In this document: positions 57,125-64,000 of the stretch, piece after piece
Layout of the letters: each line of letters starts with the position of its first letter
Numbering within the stretch: the first letter of the stretch is position 1
Program-made: the position numbers and the translations under genes
DNA from: Selaginella moellendorffii
Lineage: Eukaryota; Plantae; Lycopodiophyta
Length of the DNA: 64,000 nt
Direction: 5' to 3'
Assembly: GCF_000143415.4 (NCBI RefSeq)
Contig: NW_003314292.1
Coordinates: 1,247,498-1,311,497, forward strand
Notes under the pieces: generated by a model
Told to the model about the DNA's origin: nothing
Seen by the model: only the letters and a program-made list of their open reading frames with translations
Database searches by the model: none

Positions 57125-59296
57125 TTACGTCGTCGCTAGAACAGCATAGGTGGATTGCCGGTTGGACAATGCGACATACGCAGCTGGGTTGCTAGGATCA
57201 AGCTCCAAGACTTCCTTGGCAGCGCAGCCACTTAGCTCCAAATCCCCTTGGACTCTGGAAGCACACATCAGCGACATCCACTGGATGACTCGAGCTTGCT
57301 CCCGCGGCATCCTCCCAATGAAGTCGTGCGCATCAGCCAGCCTTCCAACTCGAGCAAAGAGATCAATGACACAGCCTGTGAGCTCCGGGGTGAGCACCTG
57401 GAGGCTGTGATCGATGGTCATCGACAGGAAGCACTGGATTCCCACGTCCAAAAGTCCGGCATGGCTGCACAGGGAGAGCAAGCTGACGAAGGTGACGTCG
57501 TTGGGATCCATGCCTTGGTGCTGCAACTCTTGGAAGAGGTCGAGAGCTCGGGTGGTATGGCCGTGCTGCGCATAGACGGACATCATCGCGTTCCAGCAAA
57601 CGATGTCCCGCTCGACGACGTTGGTGAAGACGGTGTATGCTTCGGTCATAGCTCCGGTGTTGCCGAGAAGATTTATCAACGCGGTGGCTACGACAGCGTT
57701 GCCTTGCAAGAGACCGCTCTCAACAGCCTGTGCGTGGAAGCCTCTGGCAGTGGAAGCCGCGGAGGAGTCGTCGAGAGCAGTGGCAGCCGAATCGAGAGCA
57801 GCAGTGAAGGCAACTTTGTCCGGTTTCACTCCCTCCTGCTGCATCCGCTGGAAGAGTTGGATGGCTTGCCGGTGAAGTCCTTGCTGCGACAATGCGATGA
57901 TCATCGCTCCCCACACCGAGGCCTCGGTCTGACGCTGCTGCTGCTGGAACATCTGCGACGCTGCTTCCAAGCTCCCACACTTGGCGTACATATGGATGAG
58001 AGCGTTGAAGAGCACAGGATCCACAGTGATGCCACAGTCGGGGACGAGCGAGTGGAGGAACTTCCCGTGCTCGAGCAGTGCTGGCTTGTTGCAAGCGTTG
58101 AGCAGCGTCACGATGGTGATACAGTCCGGCTTGGTGGCACCGTCTTGCAGCATCTCCCACAGGATCTCAAAGGCCTTGACAAGCTGCTGCTGCTCCTCGG
58201 CAGCATGCCCGGCGATGATGGTGTTCCAGGAGATTACGTCCCGCTGCCGCTCCATCTCGTCGAAGACTCTCTTCCCGGCTCGCAGCTCGCCACACTTGAT
58301 ATACATGCTCATCAGCGCGTTTCCCATGCTGGTCTCGAGCCGAGAGGATTGCCGGCGGTGGTGTTGGTGGCGATGGATCCAGATTCCGACTGGTAACCAC
58401 GCAGGGGAAGAACAGGCAGTCAAGACGGTGATGAAAGTTACTCGGTTGGGCCTCACGCCGTGGAGCTGCATCGTCCGAAAGTGGTGGAGAGAAGCGCTCG
58501 TCTCGCCACGCTGGGCGTAAACTCCGATCATGGTCGTCCAGAGAACCACGTCTCCACCGCCGGAGGAGGAAGATCCAACGAGCTTGGCAAAGATGGCGGC
58601 GGCCGCGCTCATATGCCCAAGGTGGGCATACAGGTTGACGAGCCCGGTTCCAACGATCAAGTCGAGCTCCAGTCCATCCCGGCGGATCCGATCGTGGAAG
58701 AACTCCACGGAGGTGGCTTTGGAGCTGGAGCGAAGATCTTGGCTGGCGATGGTGCTACTGAGGAGGAGCGTGTAAGTGACAGCGTCCGGGGCGATGCCGT
58801 GGAGCTCCATGGCGTGGAAGAGATGGAGAGCTTCCCGGGGATGCCCGTGCTGGGCATAGGCGGTGATCATCGCGTTCCAGGAGATAACATCGCCGCGGTG
58901 CTTGAGAGCCTCGAAGACGCGGCGGCCCTCGTCGAGGCGGCCATTCTTGCAGTACATGTCGGCGGCGGCGTTGGCGAGCGGGAGGTCGAGGTCGCGATCC
59001 GTGGCGGCGATGTGGAGGAGGAGGAGGCGGTGGATCGCGCGGCCGTGATCCAGGCCGCCCGGCTTGGCGCACAGGTTGAGCAGTGTGAGGAAGGTCACCT
59101 TGTCGGGCTTGATCCCGCAGTGCTGCATTTGCTGGAAGAGCGTGATCCCGGCGCTTGGCGAGATCGTCGCGGCGGCGGCGATCTTCCTGGTCCAGCTGAC
59201 CACGGCATCGTGCTCCTCCTCGATCGATCGCCATGGCGAAATATCGCTCGAAATATCGCTCCTCGAGGTACTAGGAGCAGTGGCACTAAGAATCAT
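57125..59296 (-). CDS. PLS-class PPR protein (ends at AYVALSN E motif, no DYW)
   Basis: 723-aa intronless ORF with canonical P/L/S motifs. Confidence 0.9.
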   Translation of the reverse strand: MILSATAPSTSRSDISSDISPWRSIEEEHDAVVSWTRKIAAAATISPSAGITLFQQMQHCGIKPDKVTFLTLLNLCAKPGGLDHGRAIHRLLLLHIAATDRDLDLPLANAAADMYCKNGRLDEGRRVFEALKHRGDVISWNAMITAYAQHGHPREALHLFHAMELHGIAPDAVTYTLLLSSTIASQDLRSSSKATSVEFFHDRIRRDGLELDLIVGTGLVNLYAHLGHMSAAAAIFAKLVGSSSSGGGDVVLWTTMIGVYAQRGETSASLHHFRTMQLHGVRPNRVTFITVLTACSSPAWLPVGIWIHRHQHHRRQSSRLETSMGNALMSMYIKCGELRAGKRVFDEMERQRDVISWNTIIAGHAAEEQQQLVKAFEILWEMLQDGATKPDCITIVTLLNACNKPALLEHGKFLHSLVPDCGITVDPVLFNALIHMYAKCGSLEAASQMFQQQQRQTEASVWGAMIIALSQQGLHRQAIQLFQRMQQEGVKPDKVAFTAALDSAATALDDSSAASTARGFHAQAVESGLLQGNAVVATALINLLGNTGAMTEAYTVFTNVVERDIVCWNAMMSVYAQHGHTTRALDLFQELQHQGMDPNDVTFVSLLSLCSHAGLLDVGIQCFLSMTIDHSLQVLTPELTGCVIDLFARVGRLADAHDFIGRMPREQARVIQWMSLMCASRVQGDLELSGCAAKEVLELDPSNPAAYVALSNRQSTYAVLATT

Positions 59297-59364
59297 CGTT
59301 GTGTTCTCGGCGCTAGGGTTTTCATTCGTGCCTGTGGCTGTGTGATCGATCGCGAGGCGCAGGG

Positions 59365-59802
59365 ATGGAGCGCGATGGCGGTAGCGGCGGCAAGGTCCGC
59401 GCGAGCCACTTGCTGGTGAAGCATCAGGGATCGCGGCGCCCGGCGTCGTGGCGCGATCCCGAGGGCCTGGTGATCCAGAACACGACGCACGAGCAGGCGG
59501 TCGCCAAGCTCGAGCACATCCGCGACGAAATTCTCAGCGGCCGCGCCAAATTCAGCGATCTTGCGACGCAGCTCTCGGATTGCTCGTCGGCCAAGCGTGG
59601 CGGCGATCTCGGTTAGCGCTTTTTACCTCATTGTTCTTCGTGATACAATGGATTGATTGGTTTCTTCTCGATTCCAGGATGGTTTGGTCGAGGACAGATG
59701 CAAAAATCTTTCGAGGAGGCCACGTATAGTCTCAAGGTGGGAGAATTGAGCGGCATTGTCGACTCTGACAGTGGAGCTCACATTATCCTTAGAACAGGCT
59801 AG
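59365..59802 (+). CDS. PIN1: PIN1-type parvulin peptidyl-prolyl isomerase (no WW domain), 2 exons
   Basis: [70 protein letters not shown]. The symbol refers to the Pin1At parvulin, not the auxin carrier. Confidence 0.93.
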
Positions 59803-59960
59803 GGTGGGCTCATATCCTTTTACTGCCTGGCATGGTATGGTGTGTGTGCCTGGTTCCTATGTATTGTCTATGCTGCAGCGTTGCCTTGGCTGTGGTCTTC
59901 TCGCATCAATGAAATCCTTGGAAAATACTATCCTGGTGTTGGGTTTGTAGATAGAATCCT

Positions 59961-62534
59961 ATGGTGCTGCTCTTGGGTGTTTCTTGCTCCTTGCAACAGC
60001 ACACTTTTCTCTCGAGTGTGGTTACAGGCAGCGTGAAGAACTCCAAGCTTGGGGTCTGGAGGTTTTCCAGATTGGAGGTGGCTGTGGAGAATGATCCCGG
60101 GAAGGACTGCTATGATATTTCTCCAGGCCTTCTTCAAGTTCTTAGCAAACGCATTGGTTGCAAGGTAACTGCTGATTTCTTTCTTCCTTTTTATATTCTT
60201 TCCTTCTTCTTTCTCTCTGCTGATTTTTTCTTTTCATTTTTTTTTTTTTTGTGATTGATTATATTGTCAGTCAGCCCATTTGTCCCGGGATGCACTGTCA
60301 GTAGTGCGCAAGTCTTTCGACGCACGCAAGGTAATTGTTTATTCTAGCTTTTTGCCTAATGTTTACCTTTTGGATTTGCTGTTATCTGTAGGAGCCGAGA
60401 TTTGTGTACACTGTAGACTTGAATGTCACCAGATTGGTGTCCGAGCAGCCTAGAAGCTGGAGTTTCCTGTCAAGGATGAAGCAGGATCCCGGTGTCGTGG
60501 AGTTTCTCAAACGTGGAGCAGCTGCAATGGACTTGGTGGAGATGGCTCAACTTGGTGGGAAAGGTTTTCCATCTCACCACTGTCCGAGCTCTAAAACAAG
60601 AGTTTTGGTCGTTGGAAGTGGACCAGCCGGTCTTTTTGCGGCACTGGCACTGGCTGAAATGGGAGTGCAAGTGACATTGGTGGAGAGAGGTTACCCGGTG
60701 GAGACCCGAGGCCGGCACATTGGAAGCCTCATGGTGAGGCGCATTTTAAAGGAAGACAGCAATTTTTGCTACGGAGAGGTATAAATCATCTTTATCGTGG
60801 TTTCTTGATGATGGACGCAGTATAAACTTTAGGGAGGCGCAGGTACGTGGAGTGATGGAAAGCTTACAACAAGGATTGGAAAAAACAGTGAAGACGTTCA
60901 GACGGTAATGACTATTTCTCTTTCTCCCTTCTTCCTTTCTTATTCATGGACATGACAGGTGCTCAAAACACTTGTTCGCTTTGGAGCATCAGATGGGATA
61001 CTCGTTGAAGGAAAACCGCACATCGGAACTGATAAGCTTGTCCACATTCTCCGTGGCCTTCGTAATCACTTGAAGACACTGGGGGTAAGCTTGGTTCATT
61101 GTATGCGTCTTTTATCACATCAATGCAGGTTGAGCTAATGTTTGGAACTAGAATGGAAGATATTGTGATACGAAATGGTCGGGTGAGTGGTATACAAGTC
61201 ACCGACTTGGAGAAAACTACGACGGCAACTCTTAGTTGCGATGCTCTTGTTCTTGCTGTCGGCCATTCCGCCCGGAACACGTATGAGATGCTATTATCTC
61301 ATGGCGTGTTGCTGTCTGCCAAAGATTTTGCTGTAAGCCGCGTGTTTCTTGCAATCCTTTTTTATTTTTGTCTCGATGCGATTGACGCAGTGGTTTTTTA
61401 TGTAACAGGTTGGTTTGCGTGTTGAACATCCCCAGGAGCTGGTAAACCAAATGCGGGTAAAGAAAACAATAACATGAGCCATTTACTTTCTAAACAAAAC
61501 AACCTTTATCACAGTATCGTGCATGGGCATCTCAAGTTCAAAGGGGCAAAGGAAAAGTCCCTGTGGCCGACTACAAGGTTGCTGCTTCGATAAATTCCGA
61601 CGAGCTCCGCTCGTGCTACTCTTTTTGCATGTGTCCCGGTGGCCAGGTTGAGCTTTGATTTTCCCTGCTTTCGCTTCTCACCTTTTGTTCTCTCCAGATC
61701 GTTCCAACTAGCACGGACCCGCTGCATCTTTGTATTAACGGGATGTCCTTCTCGAAACGTGCATCCAAGTGGGCAAATGCCGCTCTCGTCGTCAACGTAA
61801 CGTCAAAAGATGTGGAGCCTTTCAGGGACGGGCATGGGTCTCTTGCTGGTGTTGCATTTCAGGTAGCGTGACATTACCTATAAGGCTTTGTATCTAGATT
61901 CCAAACCGCAGAGAGCGATAGAGAGGGATGCAGCACTCCTAGGAGGTGGAGATTTTGTTGTGCCTGCTCAGACATTGAAAGATTTCCTGGATGATAAGAT
62001 TGCAGGTACTAAAACTACAACAAGCGTTACTTTTACATCTATTCTTTGCAGGCAACGAGCTTCCAACGTCCAGCTATAGACTAGGCGTTCGAGAAGCTCC
62101 CCTCCACGAGCTGCTCCCTGGATATTTGACAGCGGTTTTAAAGAACGCGACTGAAAAGTTCAACCAACAGGTTCTTCGCTACATTTCTCCGCTTGGTTGG
62201 TCTTTCGAGTTTTGGTACTGACACGAGTCTACGACTCTTGCAGCTGCATGGCTTTATCGACAGCCGGGCGCTTCTTCATGGAGTGGAGGTAAGTAGCTTT
62301 TCTTTGAAAACGCACGTCCTCGAAAGTAATAATACTTTGTTATTGCAGACAAGGACGAGCTCGCCCGTAAGGATAGAGCGACATGCAGAGACTTGCGAGA
62401 GCGTCTCTATACAAGGGCTGTATCCAGTTGGTGAAGGCGCTGGCTATGCCGGTGGGATTGTGAGTGCCGCTGTTGATGGCATGAAAGCCGGCCTTTCGCT
62501 CGGACGGCTCCTACTGGAGACAACGGTCGGGTAG
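59961..62534 (+). CDS. FAD/NAD(P)-dependent oxidoreductase (At4g30720-like), multi-exon
   Basis: VLVVGSGPAGLFAAL; FCYGE/GGAGTWSDGKLTTRIG; KPHIGTD; YSFCMCPGGQ; ETRTSSPVRI; GLYPVGEGAGYAGGIVSAAVDG. Confidence 0.9.
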
Positions 62535-63108
62535 TGTACCAAGGTTAGTCACGAAATACCAGAATTTTCAGCTCTTCTAGCAGGCTTTTGCAAGGTTCCC
62601 GCTTCTGCCATTGCAAGGTTCCCGCTTCTGCCATGGCTTTTTGTGGATTTGTGTCTTTTCATTTTTCTGACTTTTTAGATCGTCCCATCTGGCACGGGCC
62701 TTTGTATGGAAATCTTTCTGGAAACGCGCATTCAAGCCACGCACGGACACGGTGGTGGTCAGGACAGACTTTTCTTTTCTACAGTTTGAACAAACAGGTG
62801 TGTATTCTACTACGGTTTGTAGTTCTTAGAAACTAACTTTGAGTCTTACAGTTGGATTTAACCAGTCGCGCTGGGAGCGCTTGGAGTGGAGGTAAGTAGC
62901 TAGTCTGACGAGTTTTCGATGGCGCACTAACTTATATTACTGTAGAGGAAGACGAAATGGAATGCGAAGAAAACAGAACATGAAAGTATGATACTGGGAA
63001 GTCGGGCATGGCCGACAGCAATCGAGTGACATACTGGATGCTGTCAGAGCGAAGGCAACTTTGTACACAGCTTAAGGTGATGCAGAGAGGACATCATCCA
63101 TTTAAAAA

Positions 63109-63534
63109 TCAATCGACTCGGCTAGTGTCACTGTTAGTGCTGCTGCTGGTTTCATCCTTGGAGGACTTGACAACCAGCGCAATGAACGCACCCACTAGAG
63201 CGAGAACAACGCCAGTAATGATCAGTGGCTTCTTGAGCTTGTCAGCGGAGGGGGGTTCTTTGGCAGCAGGTTCTTTATCCTGGAAGATAAGGGGACAGAG
63301 GAATCGATCACTTTCCCAACCAAGAACAGGGAAGGAAAACTATCCAAAACTAACCTCTGGCAACGAGGATTCGTAGCTGGGACCTTTCGTCGACGACACT
63401 CGCTCGTAAGCTCCCGGATCTCCAGTCTTCCTCTTGGCTATGTCGGAGGCAAGGCTATCACTATCCTCGAATTTGGCTGGCTTCTTGGCAGCGGCAGCAT
63501 AGGATTGACGCTCCTCACCTCCGGCGGAAGACAT
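63109..63534 (-). CDS. Small hydrophilic protein with one C-terminal transmembrane segment (tail-anchored-like), unknown function, 2 coding exons
   Basis: MSSAGGEERQSYAAAAKK..SSLPE / DKEPAAKEPP..LIITGVVLALVGAFIALVV..; clean GT-AG intron ~63281-63354. Confidence 0.7.
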
Positions 63535-63738
63535 AGCTTGCTACACAGAAAAAAAAATCGAAACTCGCCTTGAAGAGGTAAATTTCTCCACGCTCGACGC
63601 TCCCTTGATCGTCTCTCTCTCTCTCTCTCTCGCGCGCGCGCTACTTCCACTTGGTGATGTTCCTCCCAGGTATGGAGAAGAGATAGCGATGAAGAAAACG
63701 AAGAGAAGGCAGCTATGGTGGCGCCTGTGCATGCTCGG

Positions 63739-63880
63739 CACGTGTTGATGCTACGTGGCCACTTGCAAAACGCTTTCCACTAATCCAGTGTCAATGCTAA
63801 TCCACGTTTGTTTGTGAGGTGGTCCCGTACAGCGTGCTTCTGTTAGAACCGTACGAGATTGTCACTCAATCTATCACGTT
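63739..63880. promoter_or_regulatory. Cluster of ACGT-core (G-box/ABRE-like) elements upstream of the small membrane-protein gene
   Basis: CACGTG 63739-63744, TACGTGGC 63752-63759, further CACGT cores near 63803 and 63876. Confidence 0.45.
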
Positions 63881-64000
63881 CCAAACCTTGGACCTGTCCA
63901 AACAATTTTAAGACCCACTAGCCTCCCACCACCAACGAACTATAATGGCTGGATGGGAATCGCATACTTGCAAGATTTTAACATTATTACCACCACCACC

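Noticed and set aside
57248-59419. Long plus-strand ORFs (382 aa, 319 aa) and similar ones at 42957-43847 and 54828-56282
   Set aside because: Antisense shadows of GC-rich PPR, cyclin and GTE coding sequences.

Overview
Eukaryotic (land plant) nuclear DNA. Tiny 45-90 nt GT-AG introns, very short intergenic spacers and many intronless PLS-type PPR genes suggest a lycophyte such as Selaginella (inference). The window has two parts. (1) About 1-29 kb is a nested LTR-retroelement cluster. It holds a decayed macro-domain gene, an old Ty3/gypsy gag-protease relic and a complete TRIM (162-bp LTRs, TSD ATGCT). It also holds two copies of a non-coding LARD-like element with 1.7-1.85-kb LTRs (one intact, TSD TTTTG) and a degenerate Ty3/gypsy chromovirus whose 5' LTR was split by a 6.6-kb inversion, leaving an ~840-bp inverted repeat. 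(2) About 31-64 kb is a very gene-dense block: A1 aspartyl protease, XTH pseudogene, four PLS-PPRs, a knottin-like peptide ORF, a double-hevein GH18 chitinase, MGDG synthase, P/U-type cyclin, P2B Ca2+-ATPase, GatC, SBPase, a BET/GTE bromodomain protein, a minimal GNAT, PIN1-type parvulin, an FAD-dependent oxidoreductase and a small tail-anchored protein. The most interesting signal is a set of cis-elements shared by the coding chromovirus and the non-coding LARD: an identical PPT with an adjacent hairpin, two tandem tRNA T-arm/B-box-like hairpins (GGTTCRAGTCC), and an ~80-nt multi-stem motif present three times with compensatory base changes. Together these look like an undescribed structured-RNA cassette linking a helper element and its non-autonomous partner. 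Coordinates were read by eye and may be off by a few bases.
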